A stretch of 64,000 bases of DNA from Nemertoderma westbladi (lineage: Eukaryota; Animalia; Xenacoelomorpha), in NCBI GenBank assembly GCA_032718475.1, contig JAUCBJ010009141.1:1-64000 (forward strand), read 5' to 3'. Positions 33,540 to 47,607 of the stretch are shown one piece after another; the first letter of the stretch is position 1; each line of letters opens with the position of its first letter. The notes under the pieces were generated by a model that worked only from the letters and a program-made list of their open reading frames with translations, made no database searches and was not told the origin of the DNA. The position numbers and the translations under genes were made by a program.

Positions 33540-34310
33540 CACCGGTTTTTTGGTGTTAGCAATTGGATGGAATTCATATAAATTGATTTAGAAATTTCAA
33601 ACTTGTTTTTTTCGGCGGGTGCCAAATTTTGGTGCCAGCACCAAATTTTGAAATATGTCAATTTTGTAAATTGATTGTTTGAAACTTGTTTTTTACGCAA
33701 TTGGGGTTTTTTGGGGTTCTGGTTTCGATGAAATATATACGAGTTGCACCAAGCGCATCAAACTTGTATTTTTCGGTGCTGTGTGCAAATTTTGGTGCTA
33801 GCACGAAATTTTGAAAATCCATTCAATAGATAAAATTGCTTCTGACAATTTATTTCTTGCATTTTAGAGGTTTATGGCTGTTCTGAATTCAATGGAATAT
33901 ATAATTATCGAACTAGACATCTCAAACTTGTTTTTTTCGGAAGTGGGTGCAAAATGTGGTGCTAGCACCAAATTTTGAAAACCATCAAATATATCAATTG
34001 ATTGTGTCATCTTGTTTCTTGCGTTATACGGGTTTGTTAGGGTTCTGAATTCAATGGAATCAGTGAAAATTTCATAAGAGTTTTCAAACTTGTATTTTTC
34101 GCCGGTGGGTGAAAATTGTTGTTTTGCACCAAATTTTGGAAAATTAGTAAATTGATCAGTAGATAGTATCATCTTGTTTCTTACGTTATACGGGTTTATG
34201 AGGGTCCTGAATCCGATGGAAACAATAAAAACAGCACTGGACATCGCAAACTTGTACTTTTTGGTGATGGGTACGAAATTTGGTGCTAGCACCAAAATTT
34301 GCCAAATTAC
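33540..34310. repeat. Internal degenerate repeats and palindromes of the piggyBac-type element
   Basis: Recurrent AAACTTGT(A/T)TTTTT...AAATTTTGGTGCTAGCACCAAATTTT units at ~33600, ~33760, ~33925, ~34085 and ~34250. Confidence 0.75.
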
Positions 34311-34822
34311 GCCGAAAAATACAAGTAGCAATAATCTGGCATATTTGAAATGTATTCCATTAGAATCAGCGCCCTAGAAAACCTAAAAATGTGAATTTAT
34401 AGCATCGTATAAGTGAATTAAAAATTTTGTGTTCTAACTGAAAAGTGCTGGTTACTTGTTTTTTCATTTTTTTCCTACGCATAGAGCACTAAACAGCCAT
34501 TTATGGTAATCATATCATTTTTAAATATTTTCCAATGTATTTTGCGCCCCAGAAAACCTGTATTGAAAAACAATTAGCCGAAAAATGTAACTTTCAAATT
34601 TTGTGAAAATTGTGCACTACTTGTAATTTTGGCGCTGCAATATTACCACTCCAGTACATTTTTTTGAAATTTTTTTTTTTCGGTCGGATCCAGACTAGTG
34701 ATACCTACGTACAAACAAAAAATCAGACGTTTTCGTTAATATTTGTAGATTTTAGAGGGAGGGGTCAATATGACCCCCCCCCCGGTATTTGTACAGCATT
34801 TTATAGCCCGGTACTAATAGGG

Positions 34823-37800
34823 TTAAAGCCATGTCAAAATAATTGGTGTTTTTCTGCAATAATTTATCAAAATATCCTCTGATTCTTTACTATAACCATA
34901 TCGATTTTAATATTTATAACTTCTAACCCACTCCACGAGATAGATAATCTTAAATGAAAATCAAAAGAACAGGTAACACTTACATTTATAGAAGTAATCA
35001 GCTGTTATTTGCTACGTCTTTCCGCTGAAGATGAATGAATTTTGATTGCATTGGAACACCCCCTATCTGTGGCTGTCTGAGAGGAGAGATAAGTAGCCTA
35101 TCTCCCTGTTAATATTGTTGTGTTCTAGAATATTTATTATAGTTTCATCGTATTGCCAAAGTGACTAGAGCTGAAGTTGACTCATAATACAATAATTCAC
35201 CTCAAATATCTCAGCTATTTCATGAACATAATGAAGTATTAAAGCCATGTCAAAATCATTGGTGTTTTTCTGCAATAATTTATCAAAATATCCTCTGATT
35301 TTTTTCAAAAACCACATCGATTTTCTTATTTATAACTTCTATCCCACTCCACGAGATAGAGAATCTTAAATGAACGTCAAAAGAACAGGTAACACTTACA
35401 TTTATAGCAGTAATCAGCTGTTATTTGCTACGTCTTTCCGCTGGAGATGGATGAAATTTGATTGCGTTGGAACACCCCCTATCTGTGGCCGTCTGAGTGG
35501 AGAGATAAGTAGCCTATCTCCCTATTAATATTGTTGTGTTCTAGAATATTTAATATAGTTTCATCGTATTGCTAAAGTGGCTGGAGCTGAAGTTGACTCA
35601 TAATACAATAATTCACCTCAAATATCTCAGCTATTTCATGAACATAATGAAGTATTAAATCCATGTCAAATTCCTTGGTATTTTTCTGCAATAATTTATC
35701 AAAATATCCTCTGATTTTTTTCAAAAACCATATCAATTTTCATATTTATAACTTCTATCCCACTCCACGAGATAAAGAATCTTAAATGAAAGTCAAAAGA
35801 ACAGGTAACACTTACATTTATAGAAGTAATCAGCTGTTATTTGCTACGTCTTTCCGCTGGAGATGGATGAATTTTGATTGTGTCAGAACACCCCCTATCT
35901 GTGGCTGTCTGAGTTGAGAAATAAGTAGCCTATCTCCCTATTAATATTGTTGTGTTCTAGAATATTTATTATAGTTTCATCGTATTGCTAAAGTGGCTGG
36001 AGCTAAAGTTATTATGTAATGCAATAATTCACCTCAAATATCTCAGCTATTTCATGAACATAATGAAGTATTAAAGCCATGTCAAAATCCTTGGTGTTTT
36101 TCTGCAATAATTTATCAAAATATCCTCTGATTTTTTACAAAAATCATATCGATTTTCATATTTATAACTTCTATCCCACTCCACGAGATAAAGAATCTTA
36201 AATGAAAGTCAAAAGAACAGGTAACACTTACATTTATAGAAGTAATCAGCTGTTATTTGCTACGTCTTTCCGCTGGAGATGGATTAATTTTGATTGCGTT
36301 GGAACACCCCCTATCTGTGGCTTTCTGAGTGGAGAGATAAGTATCCTATCTCCCTATTAATATTGTTGTGTTCTAGAATATTTTTTATAGTTTCATCGTA
36401 TTGCCAAAGTGACTAGAGCTGAAGTTAACTCATAATACAATAATTCACCTCAAATATCTCAGCTATTTCATGAACATAATGAAGTATTAAATCCATGTCA
36501 AAATCATTGGTGTTTTTCTGCAATAATTTATCAAAATATCCTCTGATTTTTTTCAAAAACCACATCGATTTTCTTATTTATAACTTCTATCCCACTCCAC
36601 GAGATAGAGAATCTTAAATGAACGTCAAAAGAACAGGTAACACTTACATTTATAGAAGTAATCAGCTGTTATTTGCTACGTCTTTCCGCTGGAGATGGAT
36701 GAATTTTGATTGCGTTGGAACACCCCCTATCTGTGGCTGTCTGAGAGGAGAGATAAGTAGCCTATCTCCCTGTTAATATTGTTGTGTTCTAGAATATTTA
36801 TTATAGTTTCATCGTATTGCCAAAGTGACTAGAGCTGAAGTTGACTCATAATACAATAATTCACCTCAAATATCTCAGCTATTTCATGAACATAATGAAG
36901 TATTAAAGCCATTTCAAATTCCTTGGTATTTTTCTGCAATAATTTATCAAAATATCCTCTGATTTTATTCAAAAACCATATCAATTTTCATATTTATAAC
37001 TTCTATCCCACTCAACGAGATAAAGTATCTTAAATGAAATTCAAAAGAACAGGTAACACTTACATTTATAGAAGTAATCAGCTGTTATTTGCTACGTCTT
37101 TCCGCTGGAGATGGATGAATTTTGATTGCGTTGGAACACCCCCTATCTGTGGCTTTCTGAGTGGAGAGATAAGTATCCTATCTCCCTATTAATATTGTTG
37201 TGTTCTAGAATATTTATTATAGTTTCATCGTATTGCCAAAGTGGCTGGAGCTGAAGTTGACTCATAATACAATAATTCACCTCAAATATCTCAGCTATTT
37301 CATGAACATAATGAAGTATTAAATCCATGTCAAAATCCTTGGTATTTTTCTGCAATAATTTATCAAAATATCCTCTGATTTTTTTCAAAAACCATATCAA
37401 TTTTCATATTTATAACTTCTATCCCACTCCACGAGATAGAGAATCTTAAATGAACATCAAAAGAACAGGTAACACTTACATTTATAGAAGTAATCAGCTG
37501 TTATTTGCTACGTCTTTCCGCTGGAGATGGATGAATTTTGATTGCGTTGGAACACCCCCTATCTGTGGCTTTCTGAGTGGAGAGATAAGTATCCTATCTC
37601 CCTATTAATATTGTTGTGTTCTAGAATATTTTTTATAGTTTCATCGTATTGCCAAAGTGACTAGAGCTGAAGTTAACTCATAATACAATAATTCACCTCA
37701 AATATCTCAGCTATTTCATGAACATAATGAAGTATTAAATCCATGTCAAAATAATTGGTGTTTTTCTGCAATAATTTATCAAAATATCCTCTGATTCTTT

Positions 37801-40800
37801 ACTATAACCATATCGATTTTAATATTTATAACTTCTAACCCACTCCACGAGATAGATAATCTTAAATGAAAATCAAAAGAACAGGTAACACTTACATTTA
37901 TAGAAGTAATCAGCTGTTATTTGCTACGTCTTTCCGCTGAAGATGAATGAATTTTGATTGTGTCAGAAAACCCCCTATCTGTGGTTGTATGAGTTGAGAG
38001 ATAAGTAGCCTATCTCCCTATTAATATTGTTGTGTTCTAGAATATTTATTATAGTTTCATCGCATTGCTAAAGTGGCTGGAGCTAAAGTTATTATGTAAT
38101 GCAATAATTCACCTCAAATATCTCAGCTATTTCATGAACATAATGAAGTATTAAATCCATGTCAAAATCCTTGGTATTTTTCTGCAATAATTTATCAAAA
38201 TATCCTCTGATTTTTTTAAAAAACCATATCAATTTTCATATTTATAACTTCTATCCCACTCCACGAGATAGAGAATCTTAAATGAACGTCAAAAGAACAG
38301 GTAACACTTACATTTATAGAAGTAATCAGCTGTTATTTGCTACGTCTTTCCGCTGGAGATGGATGAATTTTGATTGCGTTGGAACACCCCCTATCTGTGG
38401 CTGTCTGAGAGGAGAGATAAGTAGCCTATCTCCCTGTTAATATTGTTGTGTTCTAGAATATTTATTATAGTTTCATCGTATTGCCAAAGTGACTAGAGCT
38501 GAAGTTGACTCATAATACAATAATTCACCTCAAATATCTCAGCTATTTCATGAACATAATGAAGTATTAAAGCCATTTCAAATTCCTTGGTATTTTTCTG
38601 CAATAATTTATCAAAATATCCTCTGATTTTATTCAAAAACCATATCAATTTTCATATTTATAACTTCTATCCCACTCAACGAGATAGAGTATCTTAAATG
38701 AAATTCAAAAGAACAGGTAACACTTACATTTATAGAAGTAATCAGCTGTTATTTGCTATGTCTTTCCACTGGAGATGGATGAATTTTGATTGCGTTGGAA
38801 CACCCCCTATCTGTGGCTTTCTGAGTGGAGAGATAAGTATCCTATCTCCCTATTAATATTGTTGTGTTCTAGAATATTTTTTATAGTTTCATCGTATTGC
38901 CAAAGTGACAAGAGCTGAAGTTGTCTCATAATACAATAATTCACCTCAAATATCTCAGCTATTTCATGAACATAATGAAGTATTAAATCCATGTCAAAAT
39001 CCTTGGTATTTTTCTGCAATAATTTATCAAAATATCCTCTGATTTTTTTCAAAAACCATATCAATTTTCATATTTATAACTTCTATCCCACTCCACGAGA
39101 TAGAGAATCTTAAATGAACATCAAAAGAACAGGTAACACTTACATTTATAGAAGTAATCAGCTGTTATTTGCTACGTCTTTCCGCTGGAGATGGATGAAT
39201 TTTGATTGCGTTGGAACACCCCCTATCTGTGGCTTTCTGAGTGGAGAGATAAGTATCCTATCTCCCTATTAATATTGTTGTGTTCTAGAATATTTTTTAT
39301 AGTTTCATCGTATTGCCAAAGTGACTAGAGCTGAAGTTAACTCATAATACAATAATTCACCTCAAATATCTCAGCTATTTCATGAACATAATGAAGTATT
39401 AAATCCATGTCAAAATAATTGGTGTTTTTCTGCAATAATTTATCAAAATATCCTCTGATTCTTTACTATAACCATATCGATTTTAATATTTATAACTTCT
39501 AACCCACTCCACGAGATAGATAATCTTAAATGAAAATCAAAAGAACAGGTAACACTTACATTTATAGAAGTAATCAGCTGTTATTTGCTACGTCTTTCCG
39601 CTGGAGATGGATGAATTTTGATTGTGTCAGAACACCCCCTATCTGTGGCTGTCTGAGTTGAGAAATAAGTAGCCTATCTCCCTATTAATATTGTTGTGTT
39701 CTAGAATATTTATAATAGTTTCATCGTATTGCTAAAGTGGCTGGAAATAAAGTTATTATGTAATGCAATAATTCACCTCAAATATCTCAGCTATTTCATG
39801 AACATAATGAAGTATTAAAGCCATGTCAAAATCCTTGGTGTTTTTCTGCAATAATTTATCAAAATATACTCTGATTTTTTACAAAAACCATATCGATTTT
39901 AATATTTATAACTTCTATCCCACTCCACGAGATAGAGAATCTTAAATGAACGTCAAAAGAACAGGTAACACTTACATTTATAGAAGTAATCAGCTGTTAT
40001 TTGCTACGTCTTTCCGCTGGAGATGGATGAATTTTGATTGCGTTGGAACACCCCCTATCTGTGGCTTTCTGAGTGGAGAGATAAGTATCCTATCTCCCTA
40101 TTAATATTGTTGTGTTCTAGAATATTTTTTATAGTTTCATCGTATTGCCAGAGTGACAAGAGCTGAAGTTGTCTCATAATACAATAATTCACCTCAAATA
40201 TCTCAGCTATTTCATGAACATAATGAAGTATTGATTCCTTGGTATTTTTCTGCAATAATTTATCAAAATATCCTCTGATTTTTTTCAAAAACCATATCAA
40301 TTTTCATATTTATAACTTCTATCCCACTCCACGAGATAGAGAATCTTAAATGAACGTCAAAAGAACAGGTAACACTTACATTTATAGAAGTAATCAGCTG
40401 TTATTTGCTACGTCTTTCCGCTGGAGATGGATGAATTTTGATTGCGTTGGAACACCCCCTATCTGTGACTTTCTGAGTGGAGAGATAAGTATCCTATCTC
40501 CCTATTAATATTGTTGTGTTCTAGAATATTTTTTATAGTTTCATCGTATTGCCAAATTGACTAGAGCTGAAGTTAACTCATAATACAATAATTCACCTCA
40601 AATATCTCAGCTATTTCATGAACATAATGAAGTATTAAAGCCATGTCAAAATAATTGGTGTTTTTCTGCAATAATTTATCAAAATATCCTCTGATTCTTT
40701 ACTATAACCATATCGATTTTAATATTTATAACTTCTAACCCACTCCACGAGATAGATAATCTTAAATGAAAATCAAAAGAACAGGTAACACTTACAATTA

Positions 40801-43800
40801 TAGAAGTAATCAGCTGTTATTTGCTACGTCTTTCCGCTGAAGATGAATGAATTTTGATTGCATTGGAACACCCCCTATCTGTGGCTGTCTGAGAGGAGAG
40901 ATAAGTAACCTATCTCCCTGTTAATATTGTTGTGTTCTAGAATATTTATTATAGTTTCATCGTATTGCCAAAGTGACTAGAGCTGAAGTTGACTCATAAT
41001 ACAATAATTCACCTCAAATATCTCAGCTATTTCATGAACATAATGAAGTATTAAAGCCATGTCAAAATCATTGGTGTTTTTCTGCAATAATTTATCAAAA
41101 TATCCTCTGATTTTTTTCAAAAACCACATCGATTTTCTTATTTATAACTTCTATCCCACTCCACGAGATAGAGAATCTTAAATGAACGTCAAAAGAACAG
41201 GTAACACTTACATTTATAGCAGTAATCAGCTGTTATTTGCTACGTCTTTCCGCTGGCGATGGATGAATTTTGATTGCGTTGGAACACCCCCTATCTGTGG
41301 CCGTCTGAGTGGAGAGATAAGTAGCCTATCTCCCTTTTAATATTGTTGTGTTCTAGAATATTTATTATAGTTTCATCGTATTGCCAAAGTGACTAGAGCT
41401 GAAGTTGACTCATAATACAATAATTCACCTCAAATATCTCAGCTATTTCATGAACATAATGAAGTATTAAATCCATGTCAAATTCCTTGGTATTTTTTTG
41501 CAATAATTTATCAAAATATCCTCTGATTTTTTTAAAAAACCATATCAATTTTCATATTTATAACTTCTATCCCACTCCACGAGATAGAGAATCTTAAATG
41601 AACGTCAAAAGAACAGGTAACACTTACATTTATAGAAGTAATCAGCTGTTATTTGCTACGTCTTTCCGCTGGAGATGGATGAATTTTGATTGCGTTGGAA
41701 CACCCCCTATCTGTGGCTGTCTGAGAGGAGAGATAAGTAGCCTATCTCCCTGTTAATATTGTTGTGTTCTAGAATATTTATTATAGTTTCATCGTATTGC
41801 CAAAGTGACTAGAGCTGAAGTTGACTCATAATACAATAATTCACCTCAAATATCTCAGCTATTTCATGAACATAATGAAGTATTAAAGCCATTTCAAATT
41901 CCTTGGTATTTTTCTGCAATAATTTATCAAAATATCCTCTGATTTTATTCAAAAACCATATCAATTTTCATATTTATAACTTCTATCCCACTCAACGAGA
42001 TAGAGTATCTTAAATGAAATTCAAAAGAACAGGTAACACTTACATTTATAGAAGTAATCAGCTGATATTTGCTATGTCTTTCCACTGGAGATGGATGAAT
42101 TTTGATTGCGTTGGAACACCCCCTATCTGTGGCTTTCTGAGAGGAGAGATAAGTATCCTATCTCCCTATTAATATTGTTGTGTTCTAGAATATTTTTTAT
42201 AGTTTCATCGTATTGCCAAAGTGACAAGAGCTGAAGTTGTCTCATAATACAATAATTCACCTCAAATATCTCAGCTATTTCATGAACATAATGAAGTATT
42301 AAATCCATGTCAAAATCCTTGGTATTTTTCTGCAATAATTTATCAAAATATCCTCTGATTTTTTTCAAAAACCATATCAATTTTCATATTTATAACTTCT
42401 ATCCCACTCCACGAGATAGAGAATCTTAAATGAACATCAAAAGAACAGGTAACACTTACATTTATAGAAGTAATCAGCTGTTATTTGCTACGTCTTTCCG
42501 CTGGAGATGGATGAATTTTGATTGCGTTGGAACACCCCCTATCTGTGGCTTTCTGAGTGGAGAGATAAGTATCCTATCTCCCTATTAATATTGTTGTGTT
42601 CTAGAATATTTTTTATAGTTTCATCGTATTGCCAAAGTGACTAGAGCTGAAGTTAACTCATAATACAATAATTCACCTCAAATATCTCAGCTATTTCACG
42701 AACATAATGAAGTATTAAATCCATGTCAAAATAATTGGTGTTTTTCTGCAATAATTTATCAAAATATCCTCTGATTCTTTACTATAACCATATCGATTTT
42801 AATATTTATAACTTCTAACCCACTCCATGAGATAGATAATCTTAAATGAAAATCAAAAGAACAGGTAACACTTACATTTATAGAAGTAATCAGCTGTTAT
42901 TTGCTACGTCTTTCCGCTGAAGATGAATGAATTTTGATTGTGTCAGAAAACCCCCTATCTGTGGTTGTATGAGTTGAGAGATAAGTAGCCTATCTCCCTA
43001 TTAATATTGTTGTGTTCTAGAATATTTATTAGAGTTTCATCGCATTGCTAAAGTGGCTGGAGCTAAAGTTATTATGTAATGCAATAATTCACCTCAAATA
43101 TCTCAGCTATTTCATGAACATAATGAAGTATTAAATCCATGTCAAAATCCTTGGTATTTTTCTGCAATAATTTATCAAAATATCCTCTGATTTTTTTCAA
43201 AAACCATATCAATTTTCATATTTATAACTTCTATCCCACTCCACGAGATAGAGAATCTTAAATGAACGTCAAAAGAACAGGTAACACTTACATTTATAGC
43301 AGTAATCAGCTGTTATTTGCTACGTCTTTCCGCTGGCGATGGATGAATTTTGATTGCGTTGGAACACCCCCTATCTGTGGCCGTCTGAGTGGAGAGATAA
43401 GTAGCCTATCTCCCTTTTAATATTGTTGTGTTCTAGAATATTTATTATAGTTTCATCGTATTGCCAAAGTGACTAGAGCTGAAGTTGACTCATAATACAA
43501 TAATTCACCTCAAATATCTCAGCTATTTCATGAACATAATGAAGTATTAAATCCATGTCAAATTCCTTGGTATTTTTTTGCAATAATTTATCAAAATATC
43601 CTCTGATTTTTTTCAAAAACCACATCGATTTTCTTATTTATAACTTCTATCCCACTCCACGAGATAAAGAATCTTAAATGAAAGTCAAAAGAACAGGTAA
43701 CACTTACATTTATAGAAGTAATCAGCTGTTATTTGCTACGTCTTTCCGCCGGAGATGGATGAATTTTGATTGTGTCAGAACACCCCCCATCTGTGGCTGT

Positions 43801-46469
43801 CTGATTTGAGAAATAAGTAGCCTATCTCCCTATTAATATTGTTGTGTTCTAGAATATTTAATATAGTTTCATCGTATTGCTAAAGTGGCTGGAGCTGAAG
43901 TTGACTCATAATACAATAATTCACCTCAAATATCTCAGCTATTTCATAAACATAATGAAGTATTAAATCCATGTCAAATTCCTTGGTATTTTTCTGCAAT
44001 AATTTATCAAAATATCCTCTGATTTTTTTCAAAAACCATATCAATTTTCATATTTATAACTTCTATCCCACTCCACGAGATAAAGAATCTTAAATGAAAG
44101 TCAAAAGAACAGGTAACACTTACATTTATAGAAGTAATCAGCTGTTATTTGCTACATCTTTCCGCTGGAGATGGATGAATTTTGATTGTGTCAGAACACC
44201 CCCTATCTGTGGCTGTCTGAGTTGAGAAATAAGTAGCCTATCTCCCTATTAATATTGTTGTGTTCTAGAATATTTATTATAGTTTCATCGTATTGCTAAA
44301 GTGGCTGGAGCTAAAGTTATTATGTAATGCAATAATTCACCTCAAATATCTCAGCTATTTCATGAACATAATGAAGTATTAAAGCCATGTCAAAATAATT
44401 GGTGTTTTTCTGCAATAATTTATCAAAATATCCTCTGATTCTTTACTATAACCATATCGATTTTAATATTTATAACTTCTAACCCACTCCATGAGATAGA
44501 TAATCTTAAATGAAAATCAAAAGAACAGGTAACACTTACATTTATAGAAGTAATCAGCTGTTATTTGCTACGTCTTTCCGCTGAAGATGAATGAATTTTG
44601 ATTGTGTCAGAAAACCCCCTATCTGTGGTTGTATGAGTTGAGAGATAAGTAGCCTATCTCCCTATTAATATTGTTGTGTTCTAGAATATTTATTAGAGTT
44701 TCATCGCATTGCTAAAGTGGCTGGAGCTAAAGTTATTATGTAATGCAATAATTCACCTCAAATATCTCAGCTATTTCATGAACATAATGAAGTATTAAAT
44801 CCATGTCAAAATCCTTGGTATTTTTCTGCAATAATTTATCAAAATATCCTCTGATTTTTTTCAAAAACCATATCAATTTTCATATTTATAACTTCTATCC
44901 CACTCCACGAGATAGAGAATCTTAAATGAACGTCAAAAGAACAGGTAACACTTACATTTATAGCAGTAATCAGCTGTTATTTGCTACGTCTTTCCGCTGG
45001 CGATGGATGAATTTTGATTGCGTTGGAACACCCCCTATCTGTGGCCGTCTGAGTGGAGAGATAAGTAGCCTATCTCCCTTTTAATATTGTTGTGTTCTAG
45101 AATATTTATTATAGTTTCATCGTATTGCCAAAGTGACTAGAGCTGAAGTTGACTCATAATACAATAATTCACCTCAAATATCTCAGCTATTTCATGAACA
45201 TAATGAAGTATTAAATACATGTCAAATTCCTTGGTATTTTTTTGCAATAATTTATCAAAATATCCTCTGATTTTTTTCAAAAACCACATCGATTTTCTTA
45301 TTTATAACTTCTATCCCACTCCACGAGATAAAGAATCTTAAATGAAAGTCAAAAGAACAGGTAACACTTACATTTATAGAAGTAATCAGCTGTTATTTGC
45401 TACGTCTTTCCGCCGGAGATGGATGAATTTTGATTGTGTCAGAACACCCCCCATCTGTGGCTGTCTGATTTGAGAAATAAGTAGCCTATCTCCCTATTAA
45501 TATTGTTGTGTTCTAGAATATTTAATATAGTTTCATCGTATTGCTAAAGTGGCTGGAGCTGAAGTTGACTCATAATACAATAATTCACCTCAAATATCTC
45601 AGCTATTTCATAAACATAATGAAGTATTAAATCCATGTCAAATTCCTTGGTATTTTTCTGCAATAATTTATCAAAATATCCTCTGATTTTTTTCAAAAAC
45701 CATATCAATTTTCATATTTATAACTTCTATCCCACTCCACGAGATAAAGAATCTTAAATGAAAGTCAAAAGAACAGGTAACACTTACATTTATAGAAGTA
45801 ATCAGCTGTTATTTGCTACATCTTTCCGCTGGAGATGGATGAATTTTGATTGTGTCAGAACACCCCCTATCTGTGGCTGTCTGAGTTGAGAAATAAGTAG
45901 CCTATCTCCCTATTAATATTGTTGTGTTCTAGAATATTTATTATAGTTTCATCGTATTGCTAAAGTGGCTGGAGCTAAAGTTATTATGTAATGCAATAAT
46001 TCACCTCAAATATCTCAGCTATTTCATGAACATAATGAAGTATTAAAGCCATGTCAAAATCCTTGGTGTTTTTCTGCAATAATTTATCAAAATATCCTCT
46101 GATTTATTACAAAAATCATATCGATTTTCATATTTATAACTTCTATCCCACTCAACGAGATAAAGAATCTTAAATGAAAGTCAAAAGAACAGGTAACACT
46201 TACATTTATAGAAGTAATCAGCTGTTATTTGCTACATCTTTCCGCTGGAGATGGATGAATTTTGATTGTGTCAGAACACCCCCTATCTGTGGCTGTCTGA
46301 GTTGAGAAATAAGTAGCCTATCTCCCTATTAATATTGTTGTGTTCTAGAATATTTTTTATAGTTTCATCGTATTGCCAAAGTGACTAGAGCTGAAGTTAA
46401 CTCATAATACAATAATTCACCTCAAATATCTCAGCTATTTCATGAACATAATGAAGTATTAAAGCCATG
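34823..46469. repeat. 416-bp satellite array, block 2 (~28 monomers)
   Basis: Period measured at 36241 to 36657 (416 bp) and 37143 to 38807 (4 x 416). Confidence 0.98.
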
Positions 46470-47607
46470 GAGCCAGGAGGCGTCGCTATCTGGGACTGCT
46501 GGGGTGGTCGAGGCACTGACGACTGGTTGTCCCCTTAACGTTGCTGACCACTCCGCCTGCCTCGCCTCCGCGTTGGCTGCGAGTCGCGTCGCCCAGGACG
46601 CCGCCTATAAGGCAGCGATGGAGTCCGCCATCCAATCCGTCCCGGCCGAAAGGCGCCGTACTGTGGACCGTACGGTGTCCCACAAGACGGGTGGGTGGCT
46701 GTCGGCGCAGCCCTCCGTGGTTGATAACACCGACCTGGCCCCGGAGGTGTTCCGAGACAACCTCGCGCTGAGGTACGGCCTCACGCCGCCCGGCCTCCCG
46801 GCGAAGTGTGAGGGGTGTGGGGAGCCGTTTACGACAACCCACGCCCTGAACTGCAAGTCGGGTGGCCTGATTATAAAGCGGCACGATGAGGTCCGGGAGG
46901 TCTTCGGGGACCTTATCGCCTCTGCCTTTGGTGGGTCGTGTGTGCAGCGTGAAGTCACGCTGTGCACCGGCTACCTGGACAGAAGGGGCCGCGAGGTGGG
47001 AGGAGTTAGGGCTGATCTCCTGGCGAGGGGAGTCTGGACCGAGCAGAGGGTGGCGTCTTTCGATATTGCGATCGTAAACGCCGACGCCCCCTCATATGCT
47101 CACCGGTCCTTGGACTCTGTCCTCGAGCAGAGAGTCCGAGCCAAGAAGGTGCACTATAGCGCGGTGTGCGAGGATAGAAGGTTCTCCTTCACCCCCCTTG
47201 TCGGAACCACCGATGGGGTGTGGTGCAAGGAGACCGATACCTTCATCAGCCACCTCGCTGAGACCCTTGTGGCTCGGCGGCAGGGGATGCGGGATCGTGG
47301 CCTAGCCTGCGTTCTCGGGGGAGTTCGGAGGCGGCTTCAGTTCGCGCTCCTCCGCTCCAACTCCCTCTGTTTGCGTGGTGGCCGGCGTCCCTGGAGGGCG
47401 CTGGGCTTTGGGGATGATGCGGGTCTGCGGGGGAATGACCTCGCAGACCATTATTAATTCACGGTGCACCATTTTTAATTGTATGTTAAATTTTATTGTC
47501 TTAATTGTTTTGTTCTGATTGGTGGTGGGATGCTGGTGCAGTTTTATATTTAATTTTGGTTTTATGGATTTGGATATTCATTCATTACAATGAATTAGCT
47601 ATTTATT
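46470..47607 (+). mobile_element. 5'-truncated non-LTR retrotransposon with restriction-like endonuclease (CRE-clade-like)
   Basis: 15-bp TSD AGTATTAAAGCCATG at 46455-46469 and 47608-47622. GC-rich coding part, AT-rich 3' UTR ending in TATTTATT. Confidence 0.92.
46471..47457 (+). pseudogene. C-terminal fragment of the non-LTR ORF: CCHC knuckle and RLE (PD-(D/E)xK) endonuclease
   Basis: Frame is open from the 5' junction. CEGCGEPFTTTHALNCKSGG, KRHDEVRE, RADLLARGVW, FDIAIV, KKVHY and FTPLVGTTDG motifs. No RT domain or true start codon. Confidence 0.88.

Larger units (their letters stand above)
14621..34822. mobile_element. Non-autonomous piggyBac-type DNA transposon (~1.55 kb once the nested LTR element is removed)
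   Basis: TTAA is duplicated at 14617-14620 and 34823-34826, and the satellite monomer continues across the element (GAAGTATTAA|AGCCATG). Ends are CCCTATTAaacCCGGG and the reverse complement CCCTATTAgtaCCGGG. A subterminal G-run plus GGTCAATATGACC occurs at both ends. No transposase ORF. Confidence 0.9.

Noticed and set aside
33494-34882. Transposase remnants in the MITE ORFs (also 60238-60479)
   Set aside because: Low-complexity translations of internal repeats with no piggyBac DDD motifs.
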